Source: an uncultured Bacteroidales bacterium
Lineage (GTDB): Bacteria; Bacteroidota; Bacteroidia; Bacteroidales; Paludibacteraceae
Direction: 5' to 3'
DNA: 64,000 nt
NCBI GenBank assembly: GCA_937916355.1
Contig: CALFTM010000049.1
Coordinates: 19-64,018, forward strand
The notes beneath the pieces were generated by a model. That model had not been told where the DNA came from. It worked only from the letters and a program-made list of their open reading frames with translations, and did no database searches. Of this stretch, positions 1-7,770 are shown one piece after another. Numbering within the stretch: position 1 is the stretch's first letter; the number at the start of each line of letters is the position of its first letter. A program made the translations under genes and the position numbers.

Positions 1-1
1 A

Positions 2-18
2 GGCGAATGCGATTCGCC
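2..18. repeat. Perfect hairpin GGCGAAT-GCG-ATTCGCC at the window edge, probably the right part of a longer palindrome ending CCCCTAC
   Basis: 7-bp inverted arms read directly. Similar GGGGCGAAT...ATTCGCCCC palindromes are common intergenic hairpins in Bacteroidales as far as I recall. Truncated by the window start. Confidence 0.45.
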
Positions 19-90
19 CCTACGATCACAAATCCTCATTTTTTGTTTCACAGGAAATCCCATCCCCTTGTCAATCTGAAATTAATGTGT

Positions 91-98
91 TATTTTTG
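91..98 (+). promoter_or_regulatory. Bacteroidota sigma-A type -7 box (TAttTTTG) upstream of CDS 131..658
   Basis: Exact TAnnTTTG match 33 nt upstream of the ATG. CTTG lies 20 nt upstream, as a near-match to the -33 TTTG. Confidence 0.45.
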
Positions 99-130
99 TT
101 GTCATATAAACAAAATTTTAAATCTTATAG

Positions 131-658
131 ATGAAAAAAATTATTGTAACTGTCGTTTTAAGTTTTTTCATATTCAGTCTGTCCTCAAGAGATTTTTCAT
201 CTATTGAAAATCTTAATTCTGAGTTTATATTTTCTGTAAACTTAGATTCAGCAGAACAATTATCTTACGAAGAGGTAGAATCTGATTATTTTCAAATCCG
301 TAATATGATTAAAAGGCATCATGGTTGTTGGAACAAGTACTACAGATTAGGTGTTTATACATACGAAAAAAACATTTTTGAAATACTACAATGCACCAAT
401 GGTTACTCCGTCTTAACATATTTAGTCTTAAAAGAGGGGAAAAAATTTCCAAGAATGCTTTTAATTGACATGCGCACGGGAGACCAGAAGGAAGTGTCAT
501 TTAAAATAAATAAAGGATTAGTACATCTATCCTATATTGAACGTTGTGGTGAATTCCCCATAACAATTTCAGAGACATACTCTTTGGATAGTAAATTCTC
601 CGTAATAAAATCCCATGACATGCCTCCGCAAGAAGAAATTAATATTATCACCGAATGA
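131..658 (+). CDS. Hypothetical exported protein (N-terminal signal-like hydrophobic segment)
   Basis: 175-aa ORF beginning MKKIIVTVVLSFFIFSLSS. Preceded by a -7 box. No family recognised. Confidence 0.6.
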   Translation: MKKIIVTVVLSFFIFSLSSRDFSSIENLNSEFIFSVNLDSAEQLSYEEVESDYFQIRNMIKRHHGCWNKYYRLGVYTYEKNIFEILQCTNGYSVLTYLVLKEGKKFPRMLLIDMRTGDQKEVSFKINKGLVHLSYIERCGEFPITISETYSLDSKFSVIKSHDMPPQEEINIITE

Positions 659-912
659 TGGACTGACAAACCAACAAGTCTACAACATGCTAAAGATTTT
701 TTCACGAAAAAGTCCTCTCAAGATTATTGATTTGCCCATGGCTTATTTGGGTTCTTATTCATGAAGAGGCGACTGTTGCAAACGGCATTTTAAGAAATCA
801 GGTTATACATCCGTTCAAGAAAAAAGGGAAATGACAATTCCCCAAAAAAGAAAAAATCAAACATTTTTCAGAACAAAAAGGCGAAAATATTTCTTTTTCT
901 CAAATAAAAAAC

Positions 913-920
913 TAACTTTG
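913..920 (+). promoter_or_regulatory. Candidate -7 box TAacTTTG for hppA
   Basis: TAnnTTTG match about 120 nt upstream of the hppA ATG. The leader contains hairpin CCACTCT-TGACG-AGAGTGG (953..971). Confidence 0.4.
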
Positions 921-1041
921 CCCTAACAGAAACATTTAATAAATGTTAAAAACCACTCTTGACGAGAGTGGAGAGAACGAGTTAGTAATAGTGATACTTT
1001 CTGAAGAATCACAATTTTCTCACCTTTCAATTTAATATCTT

Positions 1042-3243
1042 ATGGGAAGTTTATTTTTTATTGTTCCACTGGCCTCCCTTTTAGCCTTGGGGTTCGCCTA
1101 CTATTTTTACAAGTGGATGAAAAAAGAAGATGAAGGTACTGACCGCATGAAGGAGATCGCCCAGCATGTCAGGGAAGGTGCCATGGCGTATTTGAAACAA
1201 CAATACAAGGTTGTGATCATGGTTTTCATCGCATTGGCGATTTTATTTACAGTGATGGCAGTCTTCGGGCTACAAAATCCATGGGTGCCTTTTGCTTTCC
1301 TAACCGGAGGTTTCTTCTCTGGACTGGCTGGATTTTTTGGAATGAAAACTGCTACCTATGCCTCTGCAAGAACAGCCAACGCAGCCCGCAACTCTCTCAA
1401 CGATGGTTTGAAAGTGGCATTCCGCTCTGGAGCAGTCATGGGTCTGACCGTAGTAGGATTGGCATTGCTTGATATTGCACTTTGGTATCTGATTCTCGAC
1501 TTCTTCATCGAAGCAGAAGGCGGACAGAAACTGGTCATCATCACCACCACGATGTTGACGTTCGGAATGGGAGCCTCAACGCAAGCACTTTTTGCCCGTG
1601 TAGGTGGAGGAATCTACACTAAAGCTGCCGATGTCGGGGCAGACCTTGTTGGTAAGGTGGAAGCTGGCATTCCTGAAGATGATCCACGCAACCCTGCCAC
1701 TATCGCTGATAACGTGGGCGACAACGTAGGAGACGTTGCCGGAATGGGTGCCGACCTATACGAATCATACGCAGGTGCGATTTTGGCAACCTCAGCCTTA
1801 GGTGCTGCCGCATATTCATCGGTGGGAGGTGAAATTCAAGAAAAAGCAGTTCTCGCCCCTATGCTCATTGCTTCTATCGGTGTGGTTTTGTCACTAATCG
1901 GCATATTTCTTGTTAGGACAAAGGAGGGTGCCAACATGAAGGAGCTTTTAGGTTCTTTGGGAAAAGGAACTAATATCAGTTCCATCCTCGTCGGTATCGC
2001 CACTTTTGGCATCTTATACGCGCTTAACATTGAAAACTGGTTGGGGCTATCATTCTCTGTAGTTGTGGGACTTACGGCTGGAGTCATCATCGGACAAGCG
2101 ACAGAGTATTATACCTCACACACTTATTCTCCAACCCAAATGGTGGCAAAAAGTTCGGAGACTGGTCCGGCGACCGTCATCATCTCAGGATTGGGATTGG
2201 GAATGATTTCCACAGCAATCCCGGTCATCACCATCGGTGCAGCCATCATTTTATCATACCTATGCGCCATCAGTTTCGACCTTGAACTCTTCTTTACTGC
2301 AAAAGGTTTGAGTCTCGGTCTTTACGGAATCGGTATCGCAGCCGTGGGTATGCTCTCCACATTAGGAATCACCTTGGCAACTGATGCCTACGGACCAATC
2401 GCAGACAATGCCGGAGGAAATGCGGAAATGAGCGAATTAGGAAAAGAGGTGCGCTCTCGTACCGATGCTTTGGATGCCTTAGGGAACACAACTGCCGCAA
2501 CCGGAAAAGGCTTCGCTATCGGCTCTGCCGCCCTTACTGCCCTTGCTCTTTTAGCTTCATACATCGAAGAGATTAAAATTGCGCTGATCCGTGTTGGAGA
2601 GTCAACCATGACAATTGGAGAAAAGGTGGTTACCACCGCCGATGCGTCGTTGATTGACTTCATGGAGTTCTATCAAGTGAACCTTATGAACCCTAAAGTA
2701 TTAGTGGGTGTCTTCATTGGAGCTATGATGGCATTCCTATTCTGTGGATTGACCATGAACGCCGTAGGTAGAGCCGCACAAAGCATGGTGACCGAAGTAC
2801 GCCGCCAATTCAAAGAGATTAAGGGAATATTGGAAGGAAAAGCGAAACCAGACTATGCAAGATGCGTTGAGATTTCAACAAAGGGAGCGCAAAGAGAGAT
2901 GCTCTTCCCTTCTATCCTCGCCATTATCACACCAATGCTGGTAGGTGTCATTTTCGGAGTGGCAGGAGTACTCGGACTATTGCTGGGTGGTCTGGCTACT
3001 GGCTTCGTATTAGCAGTCTTCATGGCAAACGCAGGAGGAGCTTGGGATAATGCAAAAAAATACATCGAAGAGGGGAATTTCAACGGCAAAGGCTCAGACA
3101 ACCATAAAGCGACAGTTGTTGGAGACACCGTAGGAGACCCATTCAAAGATACATCAGGACCATCACTCAACATCCTCATCAAACTGATGAGCATGGTATC
3201 CATCGTGATGGCTGGTCTAACCGTCTCATTTAGTTTGTTATAA
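1042..3243 (+). CDS. hppA: Membrane-integral pyrophosphate-energised cation pump (M-PPase)
   Basis: 733 aa and polytopic. Shows hallmark motifs GGGIYTKAADVGADLVGK, DNVGDNVGDVAGMGADL and GDTVGDPFKDTSGPSLN. GNTTAATGKG has Ala rather than Lys at the position I recall as the K+-dependence determinant. Confidence 0.97.
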   Translation: MGSLFFIVPLASLLALGFAYYFYKWMKKEDEGTDRMKEIAQHVREGAMAYLKQQYKVVIMVFIALAILFTVMAVFGLQNPWVPFAFLTGGFFSGLAGFFGMKTATYASARTANAARNSLNDGLKVAFRSGAVMGLTVVGLALLDIALWYLILDFFIEAEGGQKLVIITTTMLTFGMGASTQALFARVGGGIYTKAADVGADLVGKVEAGIPEDDPRNPATIADNVGDNVGDVAGMGADLYESYAGAILATSALGAAAYSSVGGEIQEKAVLAPMLIASIGVVLSLIGIFLVRTKEGANMKELLGSLGKGTNISSILVGIATFGILYALNIENWLGLSFSVVVGLTAGVIIGQATEYYTSHTYSPTQMVAKSSETGPATVIISGLGLGMISTAIPVITIGAAIILSYLCAISFDLELFFTAKGLSLGLYGIGIAAVGMLSTLGITLATDAYGPIADNAGGNAEMSELGKEVRSRTDALDALGNTTAATGKGFAIGSAALTALALLASYIEEIKIALIRVGESTMTIGEKVVTTADASLIDFMEFYQVNLMNPKVLVGVFIGAMMAFLFCGLTMNAVGRAAQSMVTEVRRQFKEIKGILEGKAKPDYARCVEISTKGAQREMLFPSILAIITPMLVGVIFGVAGVLGLLLGGLATGFVLAVFMANAGGAWDNAKKYIEEGNFNGKGSDNHKATVVGDTVGDPFKDTSGPSLNILIKLMSMVSIVMAGLTVSFSLL

Positions 3244-3269
3244 ACACTCTACATGGTATCATATTCACT

Positions 3270-3305
3270 CCCCGCACTTCCTTATGGCTTGTGCGGGGAT
3301 TTTTT
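3270..3305 (+). terminator. Rho-independent terminator after hppA
   Basis: CCCCGCAC ... GTGCGGGG stem followed by a T-run. Confidence 0.8.
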
Positions 3306-3387
3306 GAAATAACATTGGTTATTACCTACAACAATATTTTTTATAAAAATAATCCTCTAAAAAAAAGGGACGTTACTATTTTTATTC

Positions 3388-3395
3388 TATTTTTG
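3388..3395 (+). promoter_or_regulatory. Candidate -7 box TAttTTTG for the pyrBI leader
   Basis: Exact TAnnTTTG. No clear -33 TTTG. Confidence 0.4.
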
Positions 3396-3416
3396 TAAAA
3401 AATTTAAAACAAAGAA

Positions 3417-3493
3417 ATGAAAGACGTCACCCGACATATATGATTCAACAAAACAGAAACCAATGCGATTTTGGCTCGCGTTGGTTTTTTTTT
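3417..3493 (+). promoter_or_regulatory. Putative pyrBI leader: 8-codon mini-ORF (MKDVTRHI) followed by a terminator-like attenuator hairpin
   Basis: Mini-ORF at 3417..3443. A 10-bp stem ACCAATGCGA/TCGCGTTGGT (one G-U pair) at 3459..3485 is followed by a run of 8 T. All of it lies about 55 nt upstream of the pyrB ATG. Confidence 0.4.
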
Positions 3494-3549
3494 GAATTAT
3501 CATATTCATTTAAAGCGAAATAAAAAACTAATTCTATAAATATAAAAAA

Positions 3550-4458
3550 ATGGCTGAAAAGAGTTTGGTATCAATCACGGACTATTCGAAGGAGAAAATC
3601 CTACAGATCCTTCAAAAGGCCGCTACCTTCGAGGAAAATCCGAATCAGGAGGTATTGAAGGGGAAGGTGATCGCGACGTTGTTTTTTGAACCTTCGACAC
3701 GCACCCGACTTAGTTTTGAGACGGCTGTGAACCGTTTGGGCGGACGAATCATCGGCTTTGCGGATGCTTCAACGACAAGCGGAACAAAAGGTGAGACTCT
3801 GAAAGACACCATCAAGATGGTGAGCAACTATGCCGACCTGATTGTGATGAGAAACCCGATCGAGGGGGCAGCCCGATATGCTGCAGAAGTTTCGGACGTG
3901 CCAGTGGTGAACGCAGGAGACGGTGCCAACCAACACCCCACACAAACCATGCTGGACCTCTACTCCATCATGAAAACTCAAGGGAAAATTGACAACCTGA
4001 AAATCTGTATGGTAGGTGATTTAAAATATGGCAGAACCATACATTCGCTAATTATGGCTCTCTCTCACTTCAATCCGACCTTTTCTTTTATCGCACCCAA
4101 AGAATTGGAACTACCAGAAGAATACAAACTCTTCTGCCGTGAACACAACATCCAATTCGAGGAGCATTTCGACCTGAGTGAAGAGAACATCGCTGATGCA
4201 GACATCCTCTACATGACACGCGTGCAAAAGGAGCGTTTCACCGACCTATACGAGTACGAAAAAGTGAAGGATGTCTACACCCTACGCAATAAGCTATTGG
4301 AGAATACCAAGCCCAATTTGCGCATTCTGCACCCACTCCCTCGCGTCAATGAAATCGACTACGATGTGGACAACAACGAGAAGGCATACTACTTCCAACA
4401 GGCAAAAAATGGTGTATACGCACGCCAAGCTGTGATTTGTGATTTGTTAGGTTTATAA
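3550..4458 (+). CDS. pyrB: Aspartate carbamoyltransferase catalytic subunit
   Basis: 302 aa with STRTR, HPTQ and HPLPR motifs. Followed by pyrI. Confidence 0.97.
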   Translation: MAEKSLVSITDYSKEKILQILQKAATFEENPNQEVLKGKVIATLFFEPSTRTRLSFETAVNRLGGRIIGFADASTTSGTKGETLKDTIKMVSNYADLIVMRNPIEGAARYAAEVSDVPVVNAGDGANQHPTQTMLDLYSIMKTQGKIDNLKICMVGDLKYGRTIHSLIMALSHFNPTFSFIAPKELELPEEYKLFCREHNIQFEEHFDLSEENIADADILYMTRVQKERFTDLYEYEKVKDVYTLRNKLLENTKPNLRILHPLPRVNEIDYDVDNNEKAYYFQQAKNGVYARQAVICDLLGL

Positions 4459-4470
4459 TTATCATACAAT

Positions 4471-4923
4471 ATGGAAAAAGAATTAAAAGTAGCGGCACTC
4501 TGCAACGGAACCGTAATCGACCATATCCCATCCGCAAAACTATTCCAAGTCATCTCCATTTTAGGATTAGACGGAATACCCAACCAAATAACTTTCGGGT
4601 ACAATCTGGAAAGTAAAAAATTGGGCAAAAAAGCGATCATAAAAGTGTCTGACAAATATCTAAGTCAGGAAGAGGTGAACAAAATCGCCATCTTAGCTCC
4701 TCAGGCAAAAATCAACATGATCAAAAATTACGAAGTGGCAGAAAAAATGGTACTCCAACTTCCAGATGAACTAATAGGAGTAATTAAATGCAAAAACCCC
4801 AAATGTATCACAAACAATGAACCCATGAGCACCAAATTCCGCACGATAGACAAAAAACTCAGTCTATTTAAATGTCATTACTGCGAAAGAATCATGGAAG
4901 GTGAAAACGCTGAAATTTTATAA
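4471..4923 (+). CDS. pyrI: Aspartate carbamoyltransferase regulatory subunit
   Basis: 150 aa. C-terminal Zn cluster CKNPKC ... CHYC. Starts 13 nt after pyrB. Confidence 0.95.
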   Translation: MEKELKVAALCNGTVIDHIPSAKLFQVISILGLDGIPNQITFGYNLESKKLGKKAIIKVSDKYLSQEEVNKIAILAPQAKINMIKNYEVAEKMVLQLPDELIGVIKCKNPKCITNNEPMSTKFRTIDKKLSLFKCHYCERIMEGENAEIL

Positions 4924-4927
4924 AGAT

Positions 4928-5494
4928 ATGAAGAGAGAATTTAAACCGGGAACCATGGTCTATCCGCTTCCTGCGGTAATGGTTTCTTGCGGAAAAACCG
5001 CTGAAGAATATAATATATTCACGGCATCTTGGGTCGGTACAATATGCTCCGAACCTGCCATGTGCTACGTGTCAATCCGTCCAAGCAGACACTCCTACGA
5101 CATCATAAAACGTAACGGAGAGTTTGTCATCAATCTGACTACCGAAGAATTGGCGTATGCAACAGACTGGTGCGGTGTAAAATCGGGAAGAGACTTCAAT
5201 AAATTTGAGGAGATGAAACTGACTCCTCAAAAGACCTCTGTCATCGATTCTGTAATCATCAAAGAATCCCCTCTTTCAATCGAATGTAAAGTAAAGGAGA
5301 TTATTCCATTAGGCTCACACGACATGTTCATCGCTGAGGTAGTGAACGTTTTAGCAGATGAAAAATTCATGGATCCTGAGACCGATGCATTCAAATTGGA
5401 AGATGCCAAACTCATGGCATATTCCCATGGAAATTATTTCAAGATGGGTGAAAAAATCGGCAAATTCGGCTGGAGTGTACAAAAGAAGAAATAA
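4928..5494 (+). CDS. Flavin reductase-like (flavoredoxin family) protein
   Basis: The start region (PGTMVYPLPAVMVSCG) and overall layout resemble the FMN-binding split-barrel family. I chose the ATG 4 nt after the pyrI stop rather than the overlapping track start at 4901. Confidence 0.8.
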   Translation: MKREFKPGTMVYPLPAVMVSCGKTAEEYNIFTASWVGTICSEPAMCYVSIRPSRHSYDIIKRNGEFVINLTTEELAYATDWCGVKSGRDFNKFEEMKLTPQKTSVIDSVIIKESPLSIECKVKEIIPLGSHDMFIAEVVNVLADEKFMDPETDAFKLEDAKLMAYSHGNYFKMGEKIGKFGWSVQKKK

Positions 5495-5506
5495 AGAAGG
5501 AAGTCA

Positions 5507-5544
5507 AGACCCGAAAGCGACCATTCACTTTCGGGTCTTTTTTT
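5507..5544 (+). terminator. Rho-independent terminator after the pyrBI-flavoredoxin unit
   Basis: AGACCCGAAAG ... CTTTCGGGTCT stem plus a T-run. Confidence 0.85.
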
Positions 5545-5592
5545 ACGCTTAAACGACATTCATGCAGTTTTGGTTAACACCACACATTCAAA

Positions 5593-5976
5593 TCACAAAA
5601 AAGCCTCAACATCGCACTCCAACGCATCAACCATCAGCTCCGATCTCTTGCGTTGGCTCATCTTGGCAATCACCTCGTTATAGCTATGGCGGACGAGTGT
5701 CTTAATCAGCAAGTCGCTCAACGACCCAAAGACATTCAGTTGGTTCCAATACTTTTTATTCATGTGCCAAGCCGGCACAATATCGGGATAACGGTCTCGC
5801 AACAAAATAGCATAATCCGGATTACATTTAAGCACAAACCACTCGGTATCTTCCAGATCCAGCATAGCAAAAATCTTCTCTCCCACCCGAAAAGCCAATG
5901 TAGTCTCATCAAACGGGAAATACTCCGTCACTTGCGGAAGGGAGAGACAATAATCTCTGAGGGTTTCTATGTTCAT
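5593..5976 (-). CDS. MmcQ/YjbR family DNA-binding protein
   Basis: 127 aa. LRDYCLSLP, KCNPDYA and HMNKKYWN resemble E. coli YjbR. Confidence 0.85.
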   Translation of the reverse strand: MNIETLRDYCLSLPQVTEYFPFDETTLAFRVGEKIFAMLDLEDTEWFVLKCNPDYAILLRDRYPDIVPAWHMNKKYWNQLNVFGSLSDLLIKTLVRHSYNEVIAKMSQRKRSELMVDALECDVEAFL

Positions 5977-6260
5977 TGGTATTTATTTTTTTATTGATAA
6001 AACGTTTATAATCCATTATAGCCTGATCAATAGAGAGTTCCGGGTCTTGCATTTGGTCTAAGCGTTGTGCTGCCACTTGCGCCATCCATTGTTTGAATGG
6101 CTCAGCCTTAGGTGAAGGTATTGCCTTTCAGGCAAGCCATAGGTCATTCCCTCTAAACCTCGGATGCAAGTTTTTCGCAAAGGTAATGAAAAGTTTAGTT
6201 AAAACAGATGTAAACATCAGTTTTATTTTCTTGGTACTGCTTCCCCAACAGAGGCATTTA

Positions 6261-6471
6261 CCTGCCTGCAAGGCAGTACTAAGCGCAGCGTTGGTAACCT
6301 GGGACATAGTCTCAGGTCAGGGGCAACAGCGACAGTAACCCAAAATACAATCTCGGCACGAAGACGCACATCCTCCCTGCCTGCAAGGCAGTACTAAGCG
6401 CAGCGTTGGTAACCTGGGACGAAGTCTCAGGTCAGGGGCAACAGCGACGGTAACCCAAAACACAATCTCGG
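6261..6471. repeat. Two tandem 96-bp direct repeats (6261..6356 and 6376..6471, period 115 bp), GC-rich and hairpin-rich. Candidate structured RNA or protein-binding element.
   Basis: Hand alignment gives 92/96 identical. Each unit has hairpins CTGCC-TGCAA-GGCAG and ACCTGGGAC-(ATA or GAA)-GTCTCAGGT. Two of the four differences fall in the second hairpin loop. The period is not a multiple of 3. Confidence 0.85.
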
Positions 6472-6546
6472 GCATAGAGACAAACCAAACCTCAGTCCTT
6501 GCATAAAAAACCATGCGAAAATGTTTCAACTAAGATGGAATTTCAT

Positions 6547-6554
6547 TATCTTTG
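6547..6554 (+). promoter_or_regulatory. -7 box TAtcTTTG for CDS 6576..7643
   Basis: Exact TAnnTTTG 22 nt upstream of the ATG at 6576. This places the tandem repeats outside that gene's 5' UTR. Confidence 0.5.
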
Positions 6555-6575
6555 TTATAAGTTGAAAGCTTTGGT

Positions 6576-7643
6576 ATGGACATTGTGAGGTTCATGTACA
6601 CACTAAAGCCCAAAGTCCACAGAACCTCTCTCCATAAAACATACAAAATGCAAGAAACCCGAGAACTCCTAATTAAACCTCGTACAGGTAGTGCGATCCT
6701 AAGTTCCAGTATTTTTTTCATTGTAAGTGCAGTATTCGCATATATTGGATATGCAAACAACAACCGTTCGTTTTTCTTTGAAGAATACAACCTAGAATTC
6801 ATAGGAGCGATGTTAGTAGCAATATTATTTGCGGTTTTGGGCTTGCTTCAGGTAGGGTCTTCAATCCAAAGGAGGAAAAATTATATTCGAGTAGACTCTA
6901 AAGGAATCACCATTAAAGCGCATGATAATCGCAATAGATCCAAACTACATCAATGCTCCTATGATTGGAATGAGCTATCTTCTTATACGCTGGACATTAT
7001 TCCCGACAGAAGCAATAAGAAATCAACGATTTATAATGAGCAAACTGAAGGATACACAATTAAATTGTACGACTCCCATGGGAAAGAGTTGCAAAATATT
7101 CAATTAGACTATTTTTTCCCTCTATCAAGTATGGAGAAACTGGAGGAATTCATGGGATCACACTTGACCAACAAAATTATCTGTGATTTCTCAAAAATCG
7201 GTAAAGTCTCCTTTTATGAAAGGAAGATGGATTGGTTTTTAATAAAACTCATCATGGTTTTTTTATTATTAATCGGGGCATTAATTATGACAAATAATTT
7301 GATCGCTTTTAACACCCCAACATTAATAATTTTCTTAATAATCCCAATTGTTTTTGCTCCTACAATATACTTAGTACTCAAATACGGAAACAAGAGCAAA
7401 GATCAGGGGGAAGCAGACCTCTCTATCGACAAGGAGGGAATCACAGTGAATATGCACGAATTAAAAAAAGTGAAAAACATAAGCCATAGCAGTTACCATT
7501 ACTATTTTTTTGAGGGTAACGAAATGAACCTATATGATGCCAATAAAAAATTAATTTACTGTTTAGACTGCTCCAAATTAGAAAATTCTAAATATGTGAA
7601 AATGGTTTTCACGCAGTTTCTCCAAGAGAAAACGGAAGTCTAA
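6576..7643 (+). CDS. Hypothetical membrane protein with an internal two-module duplication
   Basis: 355 aa. Two blocks of (TM pair + soluble segment): IRVDSKGITIKAHD... and LSIDKEGITVNMHE... Confidence 0.7.
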   Translation: MDIVRFMYTLKPKVHRTSLHKTYKMQETRELLIKPRTGSAILSSSIFFIVSAVFAYIGYANNNRSFFFEEYNLEFIGAMLVAILFAVLGLLQVGSSIQRRKNYIRVDSKGITIKAHDNRNRSKLHQCSYDWNELSSYTLDIIPDRSNKKSTIYNEQTEGYTIKLYDSHGKELQNIQLDYFFPLSSMEKLEEFMGSHLTNKIICDFSKIGKVSFYERKMDWFLIKLIMVFLLLIGALIMTNNLIAFNTPTLIIFLIIPIVFAPTIYLVLKYGNKSKDQGEADLSIDKEGITVNMHELKKVKNISHSSYHYYFFEGNEMNLYDANKKLIYCLDCSKLENSKYVKMVFTQFLQEKTEV

Positions 7644-7713
7644 GGTGTTAGATAAAACAACAAAACACTACGTCATATACTTGGATGGGTGAAATTGTAA
7701 TGAAATAGCACAC

Positions 7714-7750
7714 AAAAAGCCTAAATTCTTTTGTAGAACTTAGGCTTTTC
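7714..7750. terminator. Bidirectional terminator hairpin between convergent genes
   Basis: AAGCCTAAATTC ... GAACTTAGGCTT with flanking A and T runs. Confidence 0.7.
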
Positions 7751-7770
7751 TTATGCTCAAACTCACCTAT

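Noticed and set aside
5977-6130. Short minus-strand reading frame (…AEPFKQWMAQVAAQRLDQMQDPELSIDQAIMDYKRFINKK…) upstream of and overlapping the MmcQ/YjbR start
   Set aside because: It is under 60 codons from any Met, overlaps the downstream gene out of frame, and has no recognisable family. It could be a gene relic, but I cannot support it.
6261-6471. CRISPR array or DGR template/variable repeat pair
   Set aside because: There are only two copies, the units are 96 bp with a 19-bp spacer, and there are no cas genes. For a DGR, no reverse transcriptase is nearby and the four mismatches are not adenine-specific.
6093-6529. Track ORFs 6093..6338 (+) and 6317..6529 (-) across the GC-rich island
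   Set aside because: They run through the 115-bp-period repeats, which are not a multiple of 3. They translate to low-complexity, repeat-derived peptides and have no promoter or start context. I treat the region as non-coding.
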